Below, piece after piece: positions 1-9,523 of a DNA stretch of 64,000 nt (its first letter is position 1; each line of letters begins with the position of its first letter). Both the position numbers and the translations under genes were made by a program. The stretch covers positions 32,001 to 96,000 of IMG/VR virus record IMGVR_UViG_3300003375_000013, one strand, 5' to 3'. Below the pieces are notes generated by a model. It saw only the letters and a list, made by a program, of their open reading frames with translations, was not told where the DNA came from and did not search any database. The DNA comes from a virus.

Positions 1-2
1 CT

Positions 3-2498
3 AGATTCTCAACACGCAACTTAAAAGAGTTTCGCAAAGAAGTAGCTATGCATCAAGGCAAACAACTGTACGAATCAGATATTAATCCTGTATTTCGTTG
101 TCTTGAAGAAAACTACAAAAACAAAGATGCTCCCGCATTACATGCGGCATTCTTTGATATTGAGGTAGACTTTCATAAAGAAAAAGGATACTCACCCACC
201 TCAGATCCTTTCAATGCTATTACCGCTATTTCTGTTTATCTACAATGGATGGAACAGTTAGTTACATTGGTAATACCACCTAAGCACATGAGTATGGAAA
301 CAGCAATAGAAATTGCTGCTGATTTTGAAAATACTATTGTATTTGATAAAGAAGAAGAAATGCTCAAGACATTCTTAGACTTGATTGAAGATGCTGATGT
401 ATTGTCAGGATGGAACAGTGAGGGATACGATATTCCATATACGGTAAATCGTATTACCCGTGTACTGAGTAAGGATGATACTCGTAGATTTTGTCTATGG
501 GATCAACATCCAAAAGCTCGTGACTTTGAACGTTACGGTGCTACTAGCACAACATATGACTTAGTTGGTCGTATTCATATGGACTATATGCAATTGTATC
601 GCAAATATACATACGAAGAAAGACATAGCTATAGTTTAGATGCTATTGCTGAGTATGAGCTTGGTGAACACAAAACACAATATGAAGGCACATTAGATCA
701 GCTGTATAATCAAAACTTTAAAAAGTTCATTGAATATAACAGACAAGATACAATGATTCTGCATAAGATTGATACTAAGTTAAAATTAATGGACTTAGCA
801 AATGAACTTGCACACGCCAATACTGTACTAATACCTACTACTATGGGTGCTGTTGCAGTAACTGAGCAAGCTATTATCAATGAAGCACATGAACGTGGGC
901 TAGTTGTGCCTAATCGAAAAGCAAAATCAACTCAAGAGGACACAGCAGCAGCGGGTGCTTATGTAGCATTTCCAAAGAAAGGTATGCATCCTTGGATTGG
1001 AGCTGTTGATATTAACAGTCTGTATCCATCTGCCATTCGTGCGTTGAACATGGGAATGGAAACTGTTATAGGTCAATTAAGACCAATAATGACAGACAAG
1101 TACATCAACGATATCACCGATCAGGGCAAAACATCAACAGTAGCATGGGAAGGTTTATTCTCTTCTCTTGAATACACTGCTGTGATGGAACAAAATCGTG
1201 GCACAGAAATCACAATTGACTGGCAAGATGGCGATAACTCAACTCACTCTGCTGCCGAAGTTTGGAATATGATATTCAACAGTAATCAACCGTGGATGCT
1301 AACAGCAAATGGTACTATTGTTACATATGAGCGCAAGGGTGTAGTTCCAGGGTTACTAGAGCGTTGGTATTCAGAACGTAAAGAACTACAAGCAAAGAAA
1401 AAAGCAGCAACAGATCCAAAAGAAATTGCTTTCTGGGACAAACGACAGTTAGTTAAGAAAATTAACCTTAACAGTCTGTATGGTGCCATTTTAAATCCGC
1501 ATTGCCGATTCTTTGATAAACGTATTGGACAGTCAACTACTCTGTGTGGCAGAAGTATTGCTAAGCATATGGCAGGATACATCAATGAGTGTATCCTTGG
1601 TGAAAAAGATCACTTAGGTGATTCTATCATATATGGAGATACAGACTCATGCTACTTCACAGCATGGCCTGCTATCAAGGATGAAGTAGCTAAGGGCACT
1701 ATGGAGTGGAACAAAGAAATTTGTATTCAGTTGTATGACAGTATCGCTGATCAAGTTAACGAGTCATTTCCTGCATTCATGGAACAAGCGTTTCATTGCC
1801 CACGTGAGGCAGGCGAGTTAATCAAAGCAGGCCGTGAATTAGTGGCATCAAACAGTTTGTTCATTACTAAGAAACGTTATGCTGTATTAATTTATGACTT
1901 AGAAGGTAACCGATTAGACGTGGATGGCAAACCTGGCAAATTAAAAGCCATTGGCCTAGATCTAAAACGTAGTGATACTCCAAAGGTTGTTCAAGAGTTC
2001 TTGTACGAAATTCTCCAGAAGGTTCTTACTGGCACTGAAAGAGCAGAGATTATTGAACGTATACTTGAGTTTAAACTTCAATTCAAGGATCGTCCAGCAT
2101 GGGAGAAAGGCACACCTAAGCGTGTTAATAATCTAACTACCTATACCAAGAAAGAAGAAGCTGCAGGCAAAGCTAATCTGCCAGGGCATGTTCGTGCTGC
2201 GCTGAACTGGAATAATTTGCGTAAGATGAATGGCGATAATTACAGTATGCAAGTCGTCGATGGCATGAAAACTATCGTGTGTAAATTGAAAACAAATCCG
2301 TTAGGATGGAGTAGCATTGGTTATCCTACTGATGAACAACGATTGCCACAATGGTTTAAAGAATTGCCTTTTGATGATAGTTTAATGGAATCAACTATTG
2401 TTGATCAAAAAATTGATAATCTATTAAGCGTTCTAAACTGGGATTTAGCAAGTGCCACTAATACAGACAACACATTTCAATCATTATTTGAGTTTTAA
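3..2498 (+). CDS. Family B DNA polymerase (T4 gp43-like), 5' end outside the window
   Basis: ExoI FFDIEV, ExoII WNSEGYDIPY, ExoIII YNRQD; polymerase motifs DINSLYPS, KINLNSLYG, YGDTDS, KKRY. The frame is open from nt 3, upstream of the ATG at 48. Confidence 0.97.
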   Translation, partial: RFSTRNLKEFRKEVAMHQGKQLYESDINPVFRCLEENYKNKDAPALHAAFFDIEVDFHKEKGYSPTSDPFNAITAISVYLQWMEQLVTLVIPPKHMSMETAIEIAADFENTIVFDKEEEMLKTFLDLIEDADVLSGWNSEGYDIPYTVNRITRVLSKDDTRRFCLWDQHPKARDFERYGATSTTYDLVGRIHMDYMQLYRKYTYEERHSYSLDAIAEYELGEHKTQYEGTLDQLYNQNFKKFIEYNRQDTMILHKIDTKLKLMDLANELAHANTVLIPTTMGAVAVTEQAIINEAHERGLVVPNRKAKSTQEDTAAAGAYVAFPKKGMHPWIGAVDINSLYPSAIRALNMGMETVIGQLRPIMTDKYINDITDQGKTSTVAWEGLFSSLEYTAVMEQNRGTEITIDWQDGDNSTHSAAEVWNMIFNSNQPWMLTANGTIVTYERKGVVPGLLERWYSERKELQAKKKAATDPKEIAFWDKRQLVKKINLNSLYGAILNPHCRFFDKRIGQSTTLCGRSIAKHMAGYINECILGEKDHLGDSIIYGDTDSCYFTAWPAIKDEVAKGTMEWNKEICIQLYDSIADQVNESFPAFMEQAFHCPREAGELIKAGRELVASNSLFITKKRYAVLIYDLEGNRLDVDGKPGKLKAIGLDLKRSDTPKVVQEFLYEILQKVLTGTERAEIIERILEFKLQFKDRPAWEKGTPKRVNNLTTYTKKEEAAGKANLPGHVRAALNWNNLRKMNGDNYSMQVVDGMKTIVCKLKTNPLGWSSIGYPTDEQRLPQWFKELPFDDSLMESTIVDQKIDNLLSVLNWDLASATNTDNTFQSLFEF

Positions 2499-3425
2499 AT
2501 GACAGTAACCGATTTAGTATTTTTTAAAAATCAACTAGACAAATTATCAGTGGCTCCTATATACCAAGAGGCAAATGCCGCACTAGATAAATTTTTATAT
2601 TTGATTGATAATCATTCATCTGAAAATCTTAATAAGTTTGTAAATAAACATTATGGTATAAAAGAGGCATTTGATTCTTTTGATAATGAAGTGGCAACAC
2701 TTAACACAAAATTGAAACAAGATATTGAGGCGGCAGAAAAAGTACTATTTCAACAAAGTTATAGTTCATATCATGATGAAAGTATATACGATGCTTTTCA
2801 TATTCTAGGAAGAAGATGGCAGCCTAATATCAATCTTGACTTGTTCTATGCCAGAGTTAGAAGAAACGTAGATTGGCATTATCCAGCTATGATTCTAAGA
2901 CCTGGCTTTGAAAGCTTTGTTGACGAGTTGGTAGGTTATGATCCATTATATCTTGTTGATGTTAGTCATAAATTTATTGAGCCGGTATTAAGTAAATTCA
3001 ATGAACAATATCAACAGAGATTGCGTGTATATACTGTCAAAGAAGATTCAGATCAAGTGATATTAGGCAAAATTCCTAATAATCAATTTGGCATGATAGT
3101 TGGCTGTCATTTCTTTAATTTTAGACCACTTGAAGTAATTAGGCAATATCTTGAAGAAATTTACACTAAACTAAGGCCAGGTGGAGTGTTTATGATGACA
3201 TTCAACGACTGTGATCGTTGGAGTGCGGTAAAATTGGTGGAAGAGAAGAAGGATGGATCTTATACGCCAGGAAGCTTAATCTTTGAATTAGCCAAAACAT
3301 TAGGATATGAAATTGATTATTGTTGGCATGATGAAGGGCCACAAACCTGGTTAGAATTACGTAAGCCAGGTGTACTAACTTCATTACGTGGTGGACAAAC
3401 ATTGGCTAAAATAATGCCAAAATAA
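2499..3425 (+). CDS. Class I SAM-dependent methyltransferase-like protein
   Basis: C-terminal LEEIYTKLRPGGVFMMTF resembles Rossmann methyltransferase motifs; glycine-rich motif I is degenerate. Confidence 0.5.
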   Translation: MTVTDLVFFKNQLDKLSVAPIYQEANAALDKFLYLIDNHSSENLNKFVNKHYGIKEAFDSFDNEVATLNTKLKQDIEAAEKVLFQQSYSSYHDESIYDAFHILGRRWQPNINLDLFYARVRRNVDWHYPAMILRPGFESFVDELVGYDPLYLVDVSHKFIEPVLSKFNEQYQQRLRVYTVKEDSDQVILGKIPNNQFGMIVGCHFFNFRPLEVIRQYLEEIYTKLRPGGVFMMTFNDCDRWSAVKLVEEKKDGSYTPGSLIFELAKTLGYEIDYCWHDEGPQTWLELRKPGVLTSLRGGQTLAKIMPK

Positions 3426-3499
3426 TTATCATTATGCCAAAATACTTTAAACATCAAAAGTATTACGCTATAATAAACTTAATAACAAAGGAAATATAA

Positions 3500-4222
3500 A
3501 TGCATGATCAACTCTTAGATTTAGTCAGTCACACAAATGGCTTAGGATCTATTAATCAAATTCGGGTAGTAGGAACCGATACAGAAACAAATTTCAACGG
3601 TATCGCTGAAGATCGTTCAGTCGTATTAGAGGGTGGATTGATTAATCCAATGCCTGAGTTTGTTGGTACATTTGGTATGCCAAATTTAGAAAAACTTAAA
3701 ATTCTTTTGAATTTACAAGAATACAAGCAAGATGCTAAATTGTCAATTAGCCGTAAAGTAGCAGGCGAACCTGATCAAATGAACTTTGAAAACAAAGCAG
3801 GTGACTTTAAAAACAGCTATCGTTTTATGGCATCTGATCTTGCCAATGAAAAAATCAAATCACCTAAATTTAAAGGTGTTAAGTGGAATGTTGAGTTTGA
3901 ACCAACTGCATCAGCTATTGTTCGCTTAAAGATGCAAGCAACAGCAAATGCAGAACAAACAACATTTCAAGCTAAAGTCGAAGATGGACATTTAAAGTTC
4001 TTCTTTGGCGACCATAGCACACACGCTGGTAGTTTCATATTTCAACATGATATAGTTGGTGATATCAAACGACCATGGCCATGGCCAATCAAAACTGTTA
4101 TCGCTATTTTAGATTTAGCAGGCGACAAAGTTATGCGTATCAGTGATGAAGGTGCTGCTCAGATTATCGTTAACTCAGGCTTAGCTGTATACACTTATAC
4201 TATCCCAGCACAGAACAAATAA
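3500..4222 (+). CDS. Probable DNA polymerase sliding clamp / processivity factor
   Basis: 240 aa alternating beta/alpha pattern, close to the polymerase, SD AAGGA upstream; assignment is from recalled similarity only. Confidence 0.5.
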   Translation: MHDQLLDLVSHTNGLGSINQIRVVGTDTETNFNGIAEDRSVVLEGGLINPMPEFVGTFGMPNLEKLKILLNLQEYKQDAKLSISRKVAGEPDQMNFENKAGDFKNSYRFMASDLANEKIKSPKFKGVKWNVEFEPTASAIVRLKMQATANAEQTTFQAKVEDGHLKFFFGDHSTHAGSFIFQHDIVGDIKRPWPWPIKTVIAILDLAGDKVMRISDEGAAQIIVNSGLAVYTYTIPAQNK

Positions 4223-4223
4223 T

Positions 4224-4484
4224 ATGTTTAAATTTAAAGAAAGAATTCCACGTAGTTTAGCCAAGGTTATTACTTGGCGAATTTTAGTAACCATTACCAA
4301 CTTCTTAGGAGGCTGGCTTGCCAGCGGAAATCCATGGGTTGGTCTTGGGGTAGTTAGTTTTGCGTTAGTAGTAAACAGTATCATTTACTTCTTTCACGAA
4401 CGAGCATGGAATGCTAGCAATTATGGCAGGACTGTAGTAGATGCAGATTCATCTAATAACATTAACATTAACAATAGTAATTAA
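4224..4484 (+). CDS. DUF2061 family small membrane protein
   Basis: RSLAKVITWRIL...IIYFFHERAWN signature. Confidence 0.8.
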   Translation: MFKFKERIPRSLAKVITWRILVTITNFLGGWLASGNPWVGLGVVSFALVVNSIIYFFHERAWNASNYGRTVVDADSSNNININNSN

Positions 4485-4495
4485 AAGGAATTAAA

Positions 4496-4717
4496 ATGGG
4501 TAAATTGTCTTTCAAACCTAACGAACGTGCTAACCAAACTCTAGAGGATCTTAGTACATTTCTAGAATTTTGTAGGGAGTACGGTTATAGGTTTAACGAA
4601 AACGATTTGTATAACTTTAGAAGTTATGCGTGGCAACAATACAACAAATTTGTTCAAGGCAAGAATGCCAAGAATATGTGGGTTGAAGATGCTAGACGAT
4701 TTGGCAAAACAAATTAA
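4496..4717 (+). CDS. Hypothetical protein
   Basis: 73 aa ORF with SD AAGGA, followed by a terminator. Confidence 0.8.
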   Translation: MGKLSFKPNERANQTLEDLSTFLEFCREYGYRFNENDLYNFRSYAWQQYNKFVQGKNAKNMWVEDARRFGKTN

Positions 4718-4740
4718 AAGCATTGCCGCACTATAAGTAA

Positions 4741-4768
4741 AAGTGGAGATTAAGGTCTCCACTTTTTT
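4741..4768 (+). terminator. Rho-independent terminator
   Basis: AAGTGGAGAT-TAAG-GTCTCCACTT followed by a T run. Confidence 0.8.
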
Positions 4769-4786
4769 ATCAAATGATTTAATAAA

Positions 4787-5491
4787 ATGAAAATTTTAGT
4801 ATGCGGTAGTTCTGTAGTAATGCCTGATCTATCAAAGTCGTGGACACAACGAACTTGGATTCATCATCTACAGCAAAAATTAAACTGTGAGGTTGTGAAT
4901 ATATCACGCTCTGGGTGTGGCAATCAATACATGCATGATGCTGTAGTGGCAGAGATTACTGAACGAGATTATGACCTCGTATTGGTATCATGGAATATAG
5001 CTGATCGTATAGAGTTTAGAACAAAATACAATCTCAGGTTATTTGATTGGGATAGAAATGGAGGAAATCCGCACGATCAGTATATGCAAAAAGATTGGAT
5101 TTTTCCTCATACTCCTGATAATGTAATGCCATCTGAAGAAGATGCTGAATATAAAAATAAAATCTTCAAGGAATATTTTTATACTTTACCAAAGTATGAG
5201 AGAAATCATCAGATAATGTTAACTCATGCGTTATCACTTCAGTCTACTCTTAAGTCGTATGGAGTACCGTATACTTTTGTTTGGTATCGATCACTATTGC
5301 GACTTAAACAGTTTAAAAATTATTACGATAAAATTGATTGGAATTATGTACATCCTGATAGTCTTTTTAGACAAGCTAAAAATATGAAGATGTGGGATGC
5401 TAAATCTCTACATCCAACTGATGATGCATATCGTTGGTATGCTGATGAGATGTATAAGTTTCTTAGTGACAGGAATCTAATAAAGCCCTAG
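4787..5491 (+). CDS. SGNH/GDSL hydrolase-like protein
   Basis: ILVCGSS (block I), NISRSGCGN (block II), C-terminal LHPT. Confidence 0.55.
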   Translation: MKILVCGSSVVMPDLSKSWTQRTWIHHLQQKLNCEVVNISRSGCGNQYMHDAVVAEITERDYDLVLVSWNIADRIEFRTKYNLRLFDWDRNGGNPHDQYMQKDWIFPHTPDNVMPSEEDAEYKNKIFKEYFYTLPKYERNHQIMLTHALSLQSTLKSYGVPYTFVWYRSLLRLKQFKNYYDKIDWNYVHPDSLFRQAKNMKMWDAKSLHPTDDAYRWYADEMYKFLSDRNLIKP

Positions 5492-6542
5492 ATATTTTAC
5501 CAGCTGGGCTAAGTGGAATTGTATCTACTAATTTAAGCACAGCTGGTTTACAATGCTTACCTAAACTTATTAAGAAGTTCTTAATACTATCTTCATCACA
5601 TGTACCAACGTATAAACACTTAACACGATCAGTTCCAAATACAACACATTCTTTCATTCCGGAAATATTTTGTAATAGTTGTCGTTCTATACTTACCGGA
5701 TTGATTTTAGAACCCTTGACATTAATTTGATCTCTACTTCGACCTAATATACGATAATAGCCCATTTCATCTTGCTCAGCTAGGTCTCCTGTATCATACC
5801 AATCACCATGGCAAATATTAAAACCCTTGATCATTAAATGACCATTTTCAATCTTAGCTTCTATGCCATCAGGCAGTCCTACTGTGCCAACTCGTTGTGG
5901 ACCAGCAAGTGGATTAGTGAAACAGTGACTCATTGCTTCTGTCATACCAAATGCTTCTACGATAGGCACATTAAACTTTGTACTTAACTTGTGATACAAA
6001 TCGGGTGGCATAGGAGCACTAGCAGATCGTATAAATCTTAAATTGTCAAAATCTAATTCAGTGATAACCCTTAATATATCAGGAATGGCAGTTATAAAAG
6101 TTGGCTTAGTGGAGGGAAAGGTTTTAATGTCTTTCATAGTAACGTAGGTAGTTTCACATCCTGCTAACTGAGTTGCCCAGTAAAAACCCTGCCCGTGAGC
6201 ATGCCATAGACTCATGATGCTAGTATATCTATCGTTAGCTGTCAAGTTGTATGATCTAACAATAGTAGCAGCCATGTTGTTTAGCTGTGCTTGTGTGAAA
6301 CTGCAAAACTTACTATCTCCTGTCGTGCCTGACGTATACCACAATACTCGTTCGTTAGGATAATCATTGCCGTTTCTAACTTTTTCTTGATCTTTAGTAA
6401 TGTATAAACTCCAGTCAGAGTTATCTAACAGATATCTATTCCTAGCTTCAGGAGCATTAGGATTTATAATCATGATAGAATGATCTTTTAACTGAGGAAT
6501 AAAGTGTTGTGGATTATCAATACATAGCACGGCACGTTTCAT
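5463..6542 (-). CDS. AMP-forming acyl-CoA synthetase (ANL superfamily), N-terminally short
   Basis: YTSGTTGDSK P-loop, EAFGMTE, YDTGDL, GRSRDQINVKGSKINP, terminal SPAGKI. Confidence 0.92.
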   Translation of the reverse strand: MKRAVLCIDNPQHFIPQLKDHSIMIINPNAPEARNRYLLDNSDWSLYITKDQEKVRNGNDYPNERVLWYTSGTTGDSKFCSFTQAQLNNMAATIVRSYNLTANDRYTSIMSLWHAHGQGFYWATQLAGCETTYVTMKDIKTFPSTKPTFITAIPDILRVITELDFDNLRFIRSASAPMPPDLYHKLSTKFNVPIVEAFGMTEAMSHCFTNPLAGPQRVGTVGLPDGIEAKIENGHLMIKGFNICHGDWYDTGDLAEQDEMGYYRILGRSRDQINVKGSKINPVSIERQLLQNISGMKECVVFGTDRVKCLYVGTCDEDSIKNFLISLGKHCKPAVLKLVDTIPLSPAGKISRALLDSCH

Positions 6543-6600
6543 AGGAATATTTATATACCAAAATGCTTGTCACATTCTTTTTGATATAGTACAATACATT

Positions 6601-7062
6601 ATGACTAAATCCATTAACCAACTAATAGTAGTAACAGGAAACGACGATTATATGCCAACTCTACATGAAATTTTTGAACGACGTACTTCAACTCAAGAAG
6701 AATATGATAGTCTTTATAACTCTGACAATCTATACATCGCATGGGCAAAGAAAAAAGATGATTCTCAATTAAGTGATTTTGTCAATGCTATTGACTCAGA
6801 GTATTACTTATGGACTACTACTTTGACTGGTAATAGTAAAAGTACATCTAAACTTAAAAATGATTCAGTAGATGGATCAATTCAAGGTCACATCTTTAGT
6901 GTCACAGCAAAGCAGATGGATCTTTTTGAAAAAGTAGCACTCATGCCGTCTATGAAATATGGATATCGTTTTGACAAACATGATATCAATGATCTTAAAG
7001 CAAAAGAAAAACAAGCAATGATTGACACTCTTAGCCGTCCAGATGAGGATATTGATGATTGA
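6601..7062 (+). CDS. Hypothetical protein
   Basis: 153 aa ORF downstream of a sigma70-like TACAAT. Confidence 0.7.
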   Translation: MTKSINQLIVVTGNDDYMPTLHEIFERRTSTQEEYDSLYNSDNLYIAWAKKKDDSQLSDFVNAIDSEYYLWTTTLTGNSKSTSKLKNDSVDGSIQGHIFSVTAKQMDLFEKVALMPSMKYGYRFDKHDINDLKAKEKQAMIDTLSRPDEDIDD

Positions 7063-7411
7063 TCATGTTAATGTAGGAGGGCCATGGATACAAATTTCAA
7101 CTTCTGGCGGTACTATACCATATGTTCCATCCAGCCCTAATCCCATGCAAGGTGCAGTTAGAGTTATTAATGGACAACAAGAAGTTTGGAATGGCACCAC
7201 TTGGATGGCCATGTACGGGCATAGTGCAACAATTAGTTTGACTAAACGAGGAGAAGCAATAATGGAATGGGCTGATAAGAAAATGGAACAAGAACATAGG
7301 GCAGAAGAATTGGCTAAGACTAAACCCGCAGTAGCAGATGCCCTTGCTGCTGCCAAACATGCACAAGATCAACTTGATATTATATTACTATTAACAGAGG
7401 AAAATAAATGA
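7055..7411 (+). CDS. Hypothetical protein, paralog of 8093-8422
   Basis: GAVRVINGQQEVWNGTTW motif; probable start ATG 7055 overlapping the upstream stop. Confidence 0.7.
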   Translation: MIDHVNVGGPWIQISTSGGTIPYVPSSPNPMQGAVRVINGQQEVWNGTTWMAMYGHSATISLTKRGEAIMEWADKKMEQEHRAEELAKTKPAVADALAAAKHAQDQLDIILLLTEENK

Positions 7412-7791
7412 CACCAATGGTTAAGAACTTTGCCAAGTGCGGCTGTGGTCGTACTAGAGACCTAGAAGGCTACTGTGATAGCAGCCACACACTATCAGAA
7501 GAAGAATACGCAGCATTACAGGATCTTGAAGAAATTGATTGGGGCGACGATGACGATGAAGTGATCAAACCAATCAAAGTTATCTTTGAGCCAGGCTGCT
7601 TTGACGGCTTTGACGGCACACAAGAAGAACTTGAAAAACTCATGGCAGATATTCAATCAGAGTTTGCAGGTAAAACTCGAAGTGAGATTGAAGAAATGGC
7701 TAATGTTGTCAATCTGGAAGATTTGATGCAAGAAGATCCAGAATTTGCCAAACATATAATGAATCTTGATAATGAAAGGAAATTACAATGA
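7408..7791 (+). CDS. CDGSH-type iron-sulfur domain protein with acidic tail
   Basis: N-terminal CGCGRTRDLEGYCDSSH resembles C-x-C-x2-(S/T)-x3-P-x-CDG(S/A/T)H. Confidence 0.65.
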   Translation: MTPMVKNFAKCGCGRTRDLEGYCDSSHTLSEEEYAALQDLEEIDWGDDDDEVIKPIKVIFEPGCFDGFDGTQEELEKLMADIQSEFAGKTRSEIEEMANVVNLEDLMQEDPEFAKHIMNLDNERKLQ

Positions 7792-8096
7792 ACTGGGCTA
7801 AAAAATTATTACTTAAATGGGTATCAGATGCTCAGCGTGAGCAACTTAACCAGGCGCAATACGTAGAAGAAACAGACATGAAGTTGTCAATTAATGAGGT
7901 AGATGATCATGAAATTAATATGGACAAGGCTGTTAAATTTGCCATGCTGCCTGCTCGCGGTGGATGCGTCTTAGAAATTAAATCATGGGATAAAAAAGAG
8001 CGTGAATGGGATATCGTAGCTCATGTTATCCCAGAAGGAGAAGATGTTGCTCATGCGGTAGGGCAGTTAGTTTCGATGGAAATGCTGCGTAGATGA
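7788..8096 (+). CDS. Hypothetical protein
   Basis: 102 aa, ATGA-coupled within an operon. Confidence 0.75.
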   Translation: MNWAKKLLLKWVSDAQREQLNQAQYVEETDMKLSINEVDDHEINMDKAVKFAMLPARGGCVLEIKSWDKKEREWDIVAHVIPEGEDVAHAVGQLVSMEMLRR

Positions 8097-8422
8097 GTAT
8101 ATTGCCGCCTGTTACAACGTTAGTGAGTACTGGCAGCGGTTATACTAGTAATTCTTTTATTGCTACACCAATTGGTTCTTTGCGTAATAACACTACTACT
8201 GGGCAATTTGAATTATGGGATGGCAAAAATTGGAACGTAGTTACTGCTACGTATGCAGCAAAACATATAAAAGACTATATAGAAAAAGCTGAAGAAGAAG
8301 TTAGAGCTTATGTGAACTCTCATGCGGCTGATAATGTCACTATACAGGATGCGTTAGCTGAATGGTTAGCGGCTGGCGAGCGTTTCAAGGTTATAGCAAC
8401 ACTAGCAGAAAATTCTTTGTGA
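8093..8422 (+). CDS. Hypothetical protein, paralog of 7055-7411
   Basis: GSLRNN...GQFELWDGKNW and IQDALAEW motifs. Confidence 0.7.
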   Translation: MSILPPVTTLVSTGSGYTSNSFIATPIGSLRNNTTTGQFELWDGKNWNVVTATYAAKHIKDYIEKAEEEVRAYVNSHAADNVTIQDALAEWLAAGERFKVIATLAENSL

Positions 8423-8442
8423 AAATAATGAGGTATTAGTAA

Positions 8443-8640
8443 TTGAATAGTTTTGAAAAAATCTGGGCTCGTGCAACAGGACATTTAATGGGAGAAACCG
8501 ACCATGATCGTCCTGATGTTCCTGTACTTACACTTCGTGAAGCACGTATAGCATTATTCTTAAAAACATTTTGGGTAGGTATACATGTTATTACATGCTT
8601 CTTTATCATAGCAGGTATATTAAAACATTGGAATGACTAA
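8443..8640 (+). CDS. Small membrane protein
   Basis: 65 aa with a C-terminal hydrophobic helix; TTG start after GAGG. Confidence 0.65.
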   Translation: MNSFEKIWARATGHLMGETDHDRPDVPVLTLREARIALFLKTFWVGIHVITCFFIIAGILKHWND

Positions 8641-8695
8641 AAATTATTAACTACTAATATTATTCAGTAAATAATTCAACTGTAAAAGGATAGAA

Positions 8696-9523
8696 ATGAC
8701 TAGTAGCGCCAACGAATACAAAATAGCAGTACTACTACCAACTAGAGCTAGAACAACAGCATTAAAACTCAGCATTATCAGCATCTTCAATCGTGTACTT
8801 GATTTAGATTCAATACAACTATTGTTGGGTTTTGACAATGATGATGAAGTAGGACTAAAATATTTCTCTACTGATATTCAACCTTGGTTAGAAGAAAAGG
8901 GTGTAGCATATAGTGTAGTAGTATTTGATCCTATGGGCTATAATGGATTGAATCGTTACTATAACGGGCTGGCTGCTGAAGCAAATGCTGATTGGCTATT
9001 TGTATGGAATGACGATGCGCTCATGGAAACTACAGGATGGGACAAAATTGTAACTAATCATACGGGTCAATTCAAGTTACTTAAAATTCATGTACATCGT
9101 GAACATCCATATTCAATTTTTCCCATCTATCCTAAAGAATGGTATGACTTATTTGGATTTGTATCTCGTCATCAAATGACTGATGCTGAACTTAGCCAAA
9201 TTGCTTATATGCTAGACATTATGGAAATTGTAGAGATTTATGCTACACATGATAGACATGATTTAACTGGCAATAATAATGACACAACTTACCAAAAACG
9301 TGATATACTAGAAGGGAATCCTGGTAACCCTCTAGATTTTCATCACTTTTCTTATGGCAATGGCAGAATAGCAGATACTAATGTCATTGCTGCCTATCTA
9401 GAATCTAAAAATGTAGATCTTACATTTTGGAATAATGTTAAAGCAGGAAAACAAGATCCCTGGGAAAAACTCAGGGCCAATGATATCAACAAACAAATGA
9501 CACAAACCACGGTAAAACGATAA
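8696..9523 (+). CDS. GT-A fold glycosyltransferase
   Basis: IAVLLPTRAR N-terminal strand, LLLGFDNDD, DxD-like WNDDAL. Confidence 0.8.
   Translation: MTSSANEYKIAVLLPTRARTTALKLSIISIFNRVLDLDSIQLLLGFDNDDEVGLKYFSTDIQPWLEEKGVAYSVVVFDPMGYNGLNRYYNGLAAEANADWLFVWNDDALMETTGWDKIVTNHTGQFKLLKIHVHREHPYSIFPIYPKEWYDLFGFVSRHQMTDAELSQIAYMLDIMEIVEIYATHDRHDLTGNNNDTTYQKRDILEGNPGNPLDFHHFSYGNGRIADTNVIAAYLESKNVDLTFWNNVKAGKQDPWEKLRANDINKQMTQTTVKR

Noticed and set aside
3-2498. Intein or intron in the DNA polymerase
   Set aside because: Motif spacing is continuous; no insertion, frameshift or splicing motif in the visible part.
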